A DNA stretch of 64,000 nucleotides from Tubulanus polymorphus (lineage: Eukaryota; Animalia; Nemertea), in assembly GCF_964204645.1 (NCBI RefSeq), contig NC_134034.1, positions 124,001 to 188,000 on the forward strand, in the 5' to 3' direction. The notes below the pieces were generated by a model. It made no database searches. It was given only the letters and a program-made list of their open reading frames with translations, and was not told where the DNA came from. Within the stretch, counting starts at the first letter, position 1. Each line of letters opens with the position of its first letter. A program made the translations under genes and the position numbers. Positions 38,383 through 50,433 of the stretch are shown here, in pieces.

Positions 38383-41300
38383 TCAGAAGAATGGTTTATT
38401 CGATATGAACCTGTCAATCATGTCGAAGCTTCGTTCCGGTTGGTCGAACGGAAGAATGTGTCCGCCCCCTCGAACCATTACCTACAAACAACAAACAGAA
38501 AATCATAAATCATCATGCATTAAAAATATAGGGGGATTTATGGAGGTTGACATCTTTTCTAGAAGTGTCTATAGATCAAATCGCTAGTAGACAATTTGAT
38601 GATGTCATAGGGTGAATGTCATGGAGTCAGTGATCTATAAACCTAGGTGGCGCTGGAACAGATTAACGAAACGAACCTGATAAAGATTATCAACGACTCT
38701 AACGAATCCAGCAACCTCTCGGTCGTTAGGATGAATTCTCCAGATGTGGCGTTCTGTTTTCAGATAACGTGTTTGACCGCGCCAGTTTAACATACGTAGA
38801 AACTGTTCAGTCAAAGGGAACGCGATAATTACATCCAGCTGACCGCTGTAAATCAGAGTCTGAAAATCAGAAAATCATTCCATTATTTTTCAATTTATGA
38901 ACATGAAAAAACACTCGGGTCTTTGAAATAAAGCAGGTATCAAATCTGTAGCCTGGACCCTGCAGCCCCATAGGGGTCATTCATTTATTACGTACGCATT
39001 AGGGGAGGGGGAGGGGGTCAGTGCAATTGCGTACTGTAATGCTTAATGTATATGAAAAAATGGCCGATTTTGCGTACAGAGGGGGAGGGGAGTTGAAAAA
39101 TTCAAATTTTATGCGTACGTAATAAATGAATGATCCCTTAGCCTGGACTCTGACCCTACAGCCCCTTAGACATTCAAAAGCCTGTCACTGTGCAATCTGT
39201 GATCGTCCACATTTCACCTGAGACATTTTGAATTGAAAATGAACTACAAACACCAGATATAAGATATATGTATTTCAGGGGTTACCTTGTAATTATTATT
39301 GAGTATCTGTACGACCCACGGTTTTACAGATTGTAACACATCAACCATTAAATGAGTTTCAACAGTTTTACCATCGTTATAATTCAATCGACCGACGTGA
39401 ATCGCTTTACGAACAGACGACAACGCCACGTATTTATTGTAATATTCAAATGAATCCGGCTCCTGAAACAATACAAACACAATTCATCAGAAAAAATGGC
39501 CACTATGATAAATCACCCTATGACATCATCAAATTGTCTACTAGTGATTTGATTTATAGACACTTCTAGAAAAGATGTCTGCCTCCATAAACTCCCCCTA
39601 TGATATCATCAAATTCGCTGCTAATGACTAGATGTATGAAGGATTAGGAGTAAGATATTGAATCAGTGCAATGAATAAAGAGTGCCTGTCACCCGATGAA
39701 CCGTGTTTAACCGTGGTACGGTACCTTCGTTAGGAGATAGTTGAAATAGAAATCACTTCCTGTGAAATTAGTGAATAAACTCGGTTTCGTAAAATCCCCG
39801 TTCAACATTTTATCAAACATCTGAATATAACAAAACAAAGCGTGTCAGTTAGTGCGAGCAGACGGACGGACATACCTGAGTTAATAGATAATTGTAATAA
39901 AAGGTGGAGCCGGTAGCTGCTTCGTACTGGTCTAACGCAGAACCCCACCGCTGAAAATGTTCATACGAGTATTTAAAAACACTGGCTGTATTTATAGATC
40001 CCCCTATGACATCATCGCTTAAACTGAGCCACAGTAACTTACTGATACTCAGTAAGTTCGATGACATCATAGGGGGATTCATGACTAAATCGCAAAAATA
40101 GATCCCCCTATGACATCATCGCTCAAACTACCGAGGCAACTGAGCTTACTCAGTAATCGATGATGTCATAGGGGGATTCATGTCTAAATCGCATAGCAAC
40201 AACCTCGTTAACTAATCCAATTTGTGAAAATAATTGTTGAACCCTTTTAACCCTTTCTCTCCTATTACAATCCACACGTCTCTTATCAATTCATGAAACT
40301 TGTAATTTTTGATGATACCTTGAACGCTTTTATCCATTGTTTCTGTTTGATGAGCTGTAGAGTGGTTTTACTGATGTTATAAATCACTCTCGCTTGATTT
40401 AAATCAACCAGACCGGTGTTATACATGAAATCAGCGTAACCTAAAATCATCTACGCATAAAATAGAGAATATATCATTATAGAGGGCAGCACAACAGAAG
40501 GGCTGATTCTATAGACCAGGGGCCAGTTGCACAGTCATGACTTAAGTCCAAAAGTGGTCTTAAATCTTAAGACTGGTCTTAAGTTGTTAGAATAGCTATG
40601 GAACTACGTTGGTCTTAGACTGGTCTTAAGTCTAAGCCATGACTGTGCAACCGGCCCCTGATCCTGAACCTAGTTCTACACTTCAGGATCTGTGAAACCG
40701 AGTCCTGGATCTATAAACACGATGAGGTGAGGGATGATTTCAAGGAAACATAAATTTCAAAAAGATTGCTTACATTTTCAGGGTCAATGAGTCCATCACC
40801 GATAGCCATTCCTTTCAGATTAATGAATGTTTTTGGTTTCGCTTGGTTTTCAACGTGTATTTTATAAGTAATCGCCGGCACGTATTTACCTGCATACGAC
40901 TACAAATACAATACAGAAATTAACAATCAATACACGGAGAGATGAGAGAGCGAGACAAAACCCAGAATATCAATTCAAACAACTGCCATTGTTACTTCCT
41001 TACGATTTGGGTGGAATTCTCTTCCACCCATGTTCACAGTTGTTTCGGGTGGAATCTCCATCTTCAGAGTTAATTTGAAAAATAAAGTAATTAGATCTCT
41101 ATGGTACTAACCTCACCGCTAGCGTAGAATTCATTGTTTTTATACTCGTGAAAAACGGTAAAAAACTGCGTCAAACAACTGAAAATTAAACAACAAACTT
41201 CAGAGGCAGCCGGAGAGTAGAGTCGATTCCGATTTAATTACAATCATTACCTGTAGAGGTCTCTGGCTACTTCGTCTTCATTAGTCACGTAACCAGCCTC

Positions 41301-42479
41301 ACTTTCAGTAAAACTAAAACCAGTTCCGACCTAGAAACAGAAATATTAGTAAATAAACATGTCCGCCTTTATAAATCACCCTATGACATCACAAACTTAC
41401 CGGGTTGTCGATGTATAACATGTTGTATTTTGAAGCCCATGTTATATTACGACTCTCAACTAGAAATAGATAAACAAACAGCATGAATTCAGACTGACTG
41501 TCTCTTAGAGTTGATCTCAAGGGTTCAGGTTGTGTCTGGGGGGGGGGAGGGGGAGTGTGTTTTAAAACTTACGTAGTTTCTGCTTGTTTACCAGTAACGG
41601 ACCATTTTCAACAAATAAACCGAACAGTGAGGAACCACCGGGTCCTCCTTGTAACCATAGAACAACAGGAGCATTAGCAGCATTATACTGGAAATAAAAC
41701 AATCAAATACAGGACAAACAGATCTGGAGTTAGTCTCAAATACAGGACTCACAGATCTCAGTTTGTCTCAAATACAGGACACACAGATCTGGAGTTTGTC
41801 TCAAATACAGGACACACAGATCTCAGTTTGTCTCAAATACAGGACACACAGATCTGGAGTTTGTCTCAAATACAGGGCACACAGATCAGGAGTTTATCTC
41901 ATCTCAACTGAAATGTGAGGCCACTGAGATTAATGAGGTCCCGTAAAATCCACAAATGAGGCATACTGCTACTAACTGTGTCGACATTTTGTCGGTTTAA
42001 AGTAAAAATTACAAAATTTACAAGTAAAAATTTCTGTTTTTCTTATTTCACAATTTGAGTTAAGCCGTGTTTTCCTGTTACCTGAGCCGGGAAGAACCAG
42101 AAGAACATGTTACTATTCATCTTTTTATTGACGGTGAAAAATCCTGAGTAACTTTTCACGGGTCGGCCGATTATCTTCAGCGGACCGACGAGACTTAACT
42201 GACGAGCTGAAACCAATCGGACAACAATAAAAAATAAACCGGGTTTAGATTCAACGATCCTCGCATTCAGAAATACCAACCTTTATCTGTTTCACCCCTT
42301 TCTATAAACGGGGTTAAAAATAAGGGTTTCCCGGGATCGACCCCGTTATCAATCATCTCATGAACCGCGTCGAAAGCTTTCAAACGTAACGGGCTTCGAA
42401 ATGCCTCTCCTGCACCAGCTGGTACCACTACTGCTGCTGCTGCTGCTGCAGTTAACACTAATACCACATACTTCATCAT
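38383..42479 (-). CDS. CPVL: Serine carboxypeptidase, family S10 (CPVL-like), complete, ~478-485 aa depending on exon 9 choice
   Basis: Exons 42479-42281, 42206-42082, 41687-41573, 41459-41401, 41330-41251, 41178-41112, 40899-40774, 40450-40319, [39950-39876 or 39820-39725], 39462-39286, 38859-38677, 38481-38383. Signal peptide; [10 protein letters not shown]; [10 protein letters not shown]; YIDNPVGTGFS; catalytic Ser in GESYAG, Asp in GQLD, His in GGGH. Confidence 0.95.
38973..39137. mobile_element. MITE, PIF/Harbinger (Tourist)-like, in CPVL intron
   Basis: TIRs ggggtcattcatttattacgtacgcat / atgcgtacgtaataaatgaatgatccc (1 mismatch); flanks ata/tta (TWA-like). Confidence 0.8.
39725..39820 (-). 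other. CPVL alternative exon 9B (96 nt, phase 0-0; canonical CPVL-like sequence)
   Basis: attcag|[32 protein letters not shown]|gtaccg. Confidence 0.85.
39876..39950 (-). other. CPVL alternative exon 9A (75 nt, phase 0-0)
   Basis: ttttcag|[25 protein letters not shown]|gtatgt; the C-terminal half is homologous to exon 9B. Confidence 0.75.
40520..40657. mobile_element. MITE, Harbinger-like, in CPVL intron
   Basis: TIRs gggccagttgcacagtcatg / catgactgtgcaaccggccc; CAG/CTG flanks; internal ggtcttaag repeats. Confidence 0.8.
41705..41900. repeat. 33-bp tandem repeat in CPVL intron 2
   Basis: aaatacaggacacacagatctggagtttgtctc x ~6. Confidence 0.9.
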
Positions 42480-42550
42480 GCTACAAATACAAATTAAACA
42501 CCTCAAAACAACAGTCTGAATATCACAAATATCACAGGTTTATAACAGGT

Positions 42551-42615
42551 CCTTCAAGAGGTTCGAACTTTTGCCTGGTGTCCAAGGCAGACGCTTAGCC
42601 GCTGAGCTAAAGAAC
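42551..42615 (-). mobile_element. tRNA-derived SINE head / degenerate tRNA-like sequence
   Basis: Minus strand: gttctttagctcagcggctaagcg...aagttcgaacctc; A box TAGCTCAGCGG and B box GTTCGAACC present, no intact cloverleaf. Confidence 0.55.
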
Positions 42616-43253
42616 TGCTGTCAGTCAGTGTTACCAGAATTGGGTTGGTTGGTGGGGAGAGTATCACTCAGGTAGACAAAGGGTGATGCCTGCCGTGGTC
42701 GAGTCAGGTGGTTGGGGAAACAACAAAACAACACAACAGGACGAAAACGAAAGTAGAAGGCGCCTCTCTCAACTCGAGCGCCGCGCAAAGACAGACCTAC
42801 CTCTCAATTATCACTTGTAGTACACTTAACTGTATCAGTTCATCACTCGCTCTATCTGTGCTGTGTGACTCTCGTGACTTGTCACCAGTGTTTGATTGAA
42901 GGGGTCATGAGACAACAATAAACAATCATTCAATTGAATTGATTCAATCAAGGTCGGTGCGGCGAACTCGCTTACCTATGTAAGTTTCAATTTAAATTAA
43001 ATTTGTCAAAACGAACCTCGTATTGAAGAAAGACTGACAGAAAATAGAGACGAGAATCGATTTCTAGTACAAAATATCGGGTTGATATTGATGGGTCAAA
43101 GAAATTCTCGGTAGTATCGCCGGTTCGCTCAGCATGTGTAGTGAATTTGCGTTTTTGGTATGAGCGTTTCGTAGCGAAGTTAGTGCTGTAACCCTAACCC
43201 TAACCCTAGACTCGTCACGCCACTAACCCTAACGTAACCCTAACCCTAGACCT

Positions 43254-43426
43254 TGAACTTGAACTTGAACTTATATTTATTGCGCCGTATATAACATTTA
43301 TACATAGGATAAGACATGCAATAAATCTACAGGACAAAACATTAAAGAATGACATTAAATAGAGAATACATAATACATAGTAGCATAATCAAAAAACAAA
43401 AAACAAGAACTTATACAAGAAATAAA
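43254..43426 (-). mobile_element. 5'-truncated non-LTR retroelement 3' end with 7-bp target-site duplication
   Basis: Minus strand ends AATAAAtat(aagttc)x3; flanked by TAGACCT at 43247-43253 and 43427-43433. Confidence 0.7.
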
Positions 43427-43560
43427 TAGACCTGTCAAGCCAGTTCAATCAGGTCTCACAGGTCTTCAGAAAGTTCGACGCCCGATTGAAATTTTGCTCG
43501 ATTTTCGAAGTTTTTGAAACCTAATTTCTCGGATCGTGTTGAGTGTCAACCTTTAGAAAT

Positions 43561-46129
43561 ATGTCTACAGTAAAACTGAATACTGGTGCTTTAATGCCGA
43601 TCATAGGATGTGAGTTAAATCCGATTGTAAAACCATTAAAACTCGATTTAAAAACTGATGAATTTAAATTCAATTCAAATATTGATCCGGTGTTTTTCAG
43701 TCGGCACTTTTCAAATAAAAGGAGAAGCTGTAAAAAATTGTGTGAAAGTTGCTCTAGAAACAGGATACAGATTGATTGGTAAGAAAACTGTCATAGCCAG
43801 GCCCAGGGTATGACTGGGTCTCGTTGGGGCAAAAGGGTTTGAGAAAGTCCAGGCGGGCCACACAGTCACATGGTCAGGGTAATCAGTTTATTTAGGGCAG
43901 ATACTTCACAGAAATAGATCAACAGCTTGAATGTCAAGAAATTCTGCCTTACTGAACACTAGTCAGTAACCTGTCTGTGGTTTAGTTTCACGACCGGATA
44001 TTTTCACAAACCACATGAATGGTATAAGCTCATCCGATTATAAAAAGCTTACCACCAACGATTAGGTAACTAATATACTGAATACTAGACATGAACAACA
44101 TCTAGACGACAATAATAAAGTTATATTTAGTGATTTGGAGATGTGTTTTTCTGAATGAATTGTAGACACAGCTGAAGGGTATGGGAACGAAAATGAAATA
44201 GGAAACACAATCGAGAAAACTCTTCCCCAAATTCCATCCCTAAAACGAAACCAGATTTTCCTTACCAGTAAATTGGGTAAGTGAAATTAGTAAATAAAAT
44301 GTAGTTGTGTTGATTTTTAATACAGATACAGCAGACGTTTATAGAAATGAGGCTGAAATTGGGGCGGCTTTAAAAGAGATTCTGACTCCTGAATCCGGTT
44401 TAAACCGGTCTGATTTATTCATTACCAGTAAACTACGTAAGTCAAATATGAACCATTTTTATACTGTTACCTGTAACAATGCTGTAGGTAAAAAAAGTAA
44501 AGTTTTAGATTGAAAATATGAGAATTTATCTCCACTTCTGATGATGTGTTTTTGGTTAAATTTGAGTGATCATTAATGATATGAACTTCGCTGATAGATT
44601 TGAGCAGAAATATCTAAGTTTTTATTGAAGGTCTTATTCTCTTGATTACTGGTCCGGGTTGGTCCGGGTTTGTCTCTGATTGATTTCAGGTGATACTGAT
44701 CATGATGTTTCAGCTCCTGATGCTGTGTTATATTTCAGCTCCTGATGCTGTTTTATGTTTCAGCTCCTGATGCTGTTTTATATTTCAGCTCCTGATGCTG
44801 TGTTATATTTCAGCTCCTGATGCTGTTTTATATTTCAGCTCCTGATGCTGTTTTATATTTCAGCTCCTGATGCTGTTTTATATTTCAGCTCCTGATGCTG
44901 TTTCATATTTCAGCTCCTGATGCTGTTTTATATTTCAGCTCCTGATGCTGTTTTATATTTCAGCTCCTGATGCTGTTTTATATTTCAGCTCCTGATGCTG
45001 TTTTATATTTCAGCTCCTTACAGTCAGGGTTCGGCCTCAGCCAGAAACGCTTGTCTTAATTCAATGAAAAACTTGGGTGTTGATTATCTGGATTTATATT
45101 TGATTCACTGGCCGGGAGTGAAAGGTTTACAGCTCGACGACCCGAGAAATAGTGAACTCCGTAAACAGAGTTGGTTAGAACTGGAAAAACTTCATAAAGA
45201 AGGTAAAACCATGAAATTTAGGGAGTGTTTTTAGTTCAAGGGAAATAGAAAAGTTCCTCGTGAATCATGAGATTTTGGAATGATTTTTAGGTCTCGTGAA
45301 GTCAATCGGAGTTTCCAACTATATGATAAACCATCTACAGGAATTATTTACTTATTGTACAGTGAAACCAGCTGTTAATCAGGTACAGTAAACTGCACCT
45401 GTCGCACCTGCTGCACCTGTCGCTCGTGGATACGGTAACAATACGAACCGTTTTATATTTCAGTGTGAACATCATCCTCATTTGAATCAACAAAAACTGA
45501 TTGATTTTTGTAAAGAGAATGATGTTTATTTGCAAGCTTATTCATCGCTGGGAAAGGGCGAACAATCGGTAACACTACAATCCAACTAACCGCCGGTTTT
45601 TAGTGTTTTTGATTATAACGTACGCGGACTAAGTATTGATTATATTTTGCAGCTGATTTCGGAACCACTGATCCGTGAAATAGCGTCTCGGATTAATAAA
45701 ACACCGGCGCAAGTTTTACTACGATGGGCCGTTCAAAACGGCACAGGTAACCGGACTTATATCTGAGATCAGTCTCTGCTCACTTTCTTTATCTAGGCCC
45801 AGATTACTGGACTCTGTTCCACAGAAACTCATTTCATGTTTTAACCCCGAGAATCATATCTTAAACTATGACTAGTGGAACCGGGTCCAGACTTGGATCT
45901 AGGTTTAATCTTTGGTTCTTTAAAACCTTTAACTATGCTTAGACATACAGCTACCACTAGCGCCCTCTATTTTATATTTTCAGCCGTTTTGCCGAAATCT
46001 GAAAAATCAGATCGAATCAAAGAGAATTTTGATGTGTTTAGTTTTGAACTGAGCGCGGAAGATTTTGAAAAATTAAACAGTCTTCACAAAGAAGTTCATT
46101 ACGCGTGGAACCCTCACACTGTTGTTTGA
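43561..46129 (+). CDS. Aldo-keto reductase (glyoxal reductase / AKR1A-like), complete, ~287 aa
   Basis: Exons 43561-43609, 43701-43778, [44166-44276 or 44326-44436], 45014-45202, 45291-45382, 45464-45568, 45653-45746, 45984-46129 (864 nt). [64 protein letters not shown]...RIKEN; Asp-Tyr-Lys-His tetrad present. Confidence 0.95.
44166..44276 (+). other. AKR alternative exon 3A (111 nt, phase 1-1)
   Basis: ttgtag|(D)[36 protein letters not shown]|gtaagt. Confidence 0.85.
44326..44436 (+). other. AKR alternative exon 3B (111 nt, phase 1-1)
   Basis: tacag|(D)[36 protein letters not shown]|gtaagt. Confidence 0.88.
44708..45018 (+). repeat. 25-bp tandem array, 13 copies, each containing the AKR exon-4 splice acceptor
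   Basis: Unit gatgctgttttatatttcag|CTCCT; CAG at 44711 + 25n up to 45011. Confidence 0.96.
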
Positions 46130-47014
46130 CCTGTCAAATCATTCTAGTGTGTTTTAGAAATCATATGAACCTGAAATCATCATCACATTTAAGAAGAAAA
46201 AATCTTGAGTAAAGATAACATTGTCACATTATCTATAAGTGATTTTGAAAAGGTATCCAATGTCGCTGTAACGTTGTTAGGACACAGTAATCTCTTCTGG
46301 AAGGGAGAGGGAAATTTGCGTGGTTTATAAATTGTTGATCTCTGTGTTTGTTGAAAATTATATTTACCGATATTGAATCTTTAGGAAATTAAGAAATAAA
46401 TAGATTAGTTTTAGTAGTTTTTAGTCTCTGAACAATGTGTGAGGACGAGAGTGCTTGTTCCAAGCTACAAATAGATAGGCTTCATGTTCAGGCGGATTTC
46501 GAATTATTCTCGTGATTTTTTACTCTCCAATTTTTATTTCTCGCGCAGGGAGAGAACGATGAAAAATTCTGAGATCAAAAAAATTATTAGGAACTGATGT
46601 GCCGCAGTCGGATCGTATTAGTGTACGAAAAATCCGCTTACGATGAACATAGAGGCAGCACCTGACGGTGTAGTGAAGCATCTCGCGTTGATTGACGCAG
46701 CCGCGGCGCTTAGTTTGCACGAGAGAATGGTACCGTATGGGGTTCCATGCCGCAAATTGATAAAACTATTGAAATAAAATCAAAATCTATTGAAATAATT
46801 TTACAAACTTGATTTTATTGACGACTAGAATATCACATACACAGTACAAATATATAATTCAATTCAATCAGCAATTTGATTTTAGACACCCCCATGGACT
46901 GTGTCTAACCCTCCCCCACCATAGTGTCTACCCCATGGACTGTGGTGTCTAACCTCCCCCCTCATGGTGTCTACCCCGAATTCTCTTGTGCGTAGGATAA
47001 CCCCAATTCTTGTA

Positions 47015-50000
47015 TCAGTGAATTACTCCATCCTCTCGAAGCCAACTCAAATAATCAACATCCAAACCTAGAACTGATTCTAACACTTCATCGGTGTGCT
47101 GGCCTAGAGTAGGTGGCGCTCCTTGTAAAATAGTCTTACTCTTACTGTACTGTACAGCTGGACCTACAAAATACACAACATCACCCTATGACATCATCAA
47201 AATGAAGCTTTCACCCAATGAGGTCTCAACCGATCCATACCTGGTAATTTGATTTCTCCTGCTGTTGAGTGATTCATTTTTTGTACCAAACGATTTGCTT
47301 TGATCTGAAAAAAACAACAAATATCAAACTGGAAGCATAAAACTAAAACTATTCGCATATTACTTCTTCCCTAAAATACGGACGTACCTGAGGATTTTTA
47401 AAAACTTGCGATAAATCATTGATCGGTCCGAATGGGAATCCGGCTCCTTCAAATAGTGAACTCCATTCATCGGTTGTGTTCTCTTCGAAGCTGTAAATAA
47501 AAATAATCGTGAATTAGTGGCGTTTGTGAAAACTGTTTAAATCGCTGCTGATTGTTGTTTGATTCAGTGTTCGATTCAGTGTTTGATTCGGTGTTTGATT
47601 CGGTGTTTGATTCGGTGTTAGATTCAGTGTATTTTACCGTTTGCGCAGAATATCGAGTAAAGTGGATCTGTTTTCAACACGGAGAGCATTCGACTTAAAA
47701 CGAGCATCTTCTGAATATTGCTCTAAACCCATCATCTACAAACAGACAGAGAGAGGGAGAGTAGAGAGGGGGGAGAGAGGGAGTAGAGAGGGGAAAGAGG
47801 AGAGAGGAGAGGGAAGAGAGAGATGGGAGAGGAGAGGGGAGAGAGAGGAGAGATGGGAGAGGAGAGAGTCAGAGAGAGGAGAGAGGAAAGAGGAGAGGAG
47901 AAATGATCAGAGTTATTGATTTATTGGAGTCTGATTCAAAAATTCACAATGATACCTGTCATGCGTACCTGTAGAAGGTTTAAGAACTGTGAGTTGTTTC
48001 CGGCACCGACCACCAGGTGGCCGTCTGCAGTCCGGAATGCCTCGTAAGGGACGATACTACCGTGAGCCGTACCCAGTCGTTTAGCTTCAATACCATTATT
48101 CAAATAGTTAGCACCAAGATGAACTAGAGTAGCAACCTACAATATAAATATGGCAGCCTCCGTAAATCCCCCTATGACATCATCATATTGCGTACTAGTG
48201 ATTTAATCTATAGACACTTCTAGAAAATATGTCTGCCTCCATAAATACCCCGATGACATCATCAAATTCTTAGCATTGATGTGATTTATAGAAACGAGAT
48301 CTGCCTACACAGATACCGCTATTGACAGGTTGATATTGATGATGTCATAGGGTGATTTATGGAAGTGTATCTAAACGAACCTGAGTCGAGAATAGGTTAC
48401 AGTCGATGTGTTGCCCTTCCCCTGTTTTGTGTTTATGAAGTAAAGCAGCCATGATAGCGCCGTGAGCGTAGAGACCTGTCGATAGATCAGTTACTGCTAC
48501 TCCTACTTTACATGGCTCTACAAAATATACATCACACAAACAATCTAAATCTCCTCAGAGTCAGTCGTTAGATCTAGATACTGAATGAATCTAACAACTT
48601 TAAAACCACTACAAATCTGCACCTGAAGCCCAACTTACCTTCTTCAGTACCAGTTATATGAAGCATGCCCCCAACAGCGGAGGTAATAACATCGTACCCG
48701 GGCCGTAGACTCCACGGGCCTGTCTGCCCGTATCCTGTTAATTACAAACCACGCAGAATATATACCGGTAGATATTTGGATTAATTTCATGCGGATTAAT
48801 AAGGATTATCTGTTAATCCCTTACCGGTAATCGAACAATAAATAAGTCCGGGATTAATCTCCTTTAGATGTTGATATCCGAGTTCGTATTTATGTAGAGT
48901 TCGAGGAAGGAAGTTTTCAATTAAAATGTCACATTTCGCGGCCAATTGTCGCAATAAATCAGAGCCTTCTTTATGTTTCATATTGATACAAACACTCTAC
49001 AATAAACAACTAAACTTTCATGTAACAAGCTGTGTAGAAATTCCACAGTAACTCTGAGCACCGAGTTCCAGGGCCACAGTAACTCTCAGTACCGAGTTCC
49101 AGGGTCACAGTAACTCTCAGTACCGAGTTCCAGGGTCACAGTAACTCTCAGTACTGAGTTCCAGGGCCACAGTAACTCTCAGTACCGAGTTCCAGGGTCA
49201 CAGTAACTCTCAGTACCGAGTTCCAGGGTCACAGTAACTCTCAGTACCGAGTTCCAGGGTCACAGTAACTCTCAGTACTGAGTTCCAGGGTCACAGTAAC
49301 TCTCAGTACTGAGTTCCACTCTCAGTACTGAGTTCCACTCTCAGTACCGAGAGTTCCACATTCCACTGAACTACTGACCTTTTTATTGCGATTCACAGAA
49401 AAGAAATAAACACTTTCTCCATTTATAAACGGTGGACCCCAACTTCGCGTATCATCACCATGTTCTAAAATATCAACATCAACAATCATCTCAAACCAGA
49501 CTAGAGATAATCTCAAACCTAGCCTAGAGATAATCTCAAACCAGACTAGAGATAATCTCAAACCTAGCCTAGAGATAATCTCAAACCTAGCCTAGAGATA
49601 ATCTCAAACCAGTACAGTTATTTACCTGGATGTTCAATCTTAATAATTTCAGCACCAAGATCTCCTAATATCATTGAGCAATATGGACCAGCTAGAATCC
49701 TGTAAAATACAGCCAGTTAGAATAGATAGGTTTGAAGATATGGTTTGTGTTAGTAAAGTAGATATATCCACGCTTGCCAGGGTTTGATTGCCTCCTGCTG
49801 AAGCTTATGCCATCACAAACCCGGGCCGCCAGACCGTTACCGCCGCCCGGGCCCGGGTGGGCAGGATGCCGCTTAATATTTCAGTGGATTGCAAGTTACC
49901 TTGTGAGATCCAGGACTTTGTAACCAGTCATAGGTGCCGTAGAGGGAGTTTTATCATCTGTAACAAATTCAGAATAGTTTTTTAAAATTCCCAGTTGTTG

Positions 50001-50222
50001 AAGTGAAACGACGTTTCGTCAATGAGTTAGTGAGATGTATGATATATTTATCATGATTCAGGTGGTTTTAAAGAATGACAGCTCGATGTGATCAGTACCT
50101 TCTGAACATATCGCTCTCCCGGTGTTAAATCCATCCCTACGACCAATATTCGAGATCGTTAACGGTTGGAATTTGCGCAGAAATCTACTGGAATTTTTCA
50201 ATAGATTCACGGGCGCCGCCAT
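47015..50222 (-). CDS. SUGCT: Succinate--hydroxymethylglutarate CoA-transferase (CaiB/BaiF family III CoA-transferase), ~442 aa
   Basis: Exons 50222-50099, 49957-49900, 49699-49626, 49464-49379, 48996-48825, 48734-48639, 48517-48381, 48136-47969, 47735-47638, 47490-47388, 47304-47241, 47163-47015 (1329 nt). Basic N-terminal presequence-like segment; [51 protein letters not shown]...PGYD (catalytic Asp), [12 protein letters not shown]. Confidence 0.95.
49043..49350. repeat. 31-bp minisatellite in SUGCT intron 4
   Basis: acagtaactctcagtaccgagttccagggtc x ~9. Confidence 0.92.
49487..49611. repeat. 23-bp tandem repeat in SUGCT intron 3
   Basis: aatctcaaacctagcctagagat variants x ~5. Confidence 0.88.
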
Positions 50223-50433
50223 CTTGGAAATAACCAAACCGAAATGATGGAAACGATGAAACAGAAACTCTATCAGAAACCAATAAACTGACAAGGAATG
50301 TGAGTGATTATCCATTATTTTCCCATCTTGTTTACAAAATAATAGTCTCAATAATCGTTCTAAGCCGCGGTATATTACGCGTTCATTCAAAGTATGGTTT
50401 TAAATACTAGCGAATGACAAAGAATAATATCGT

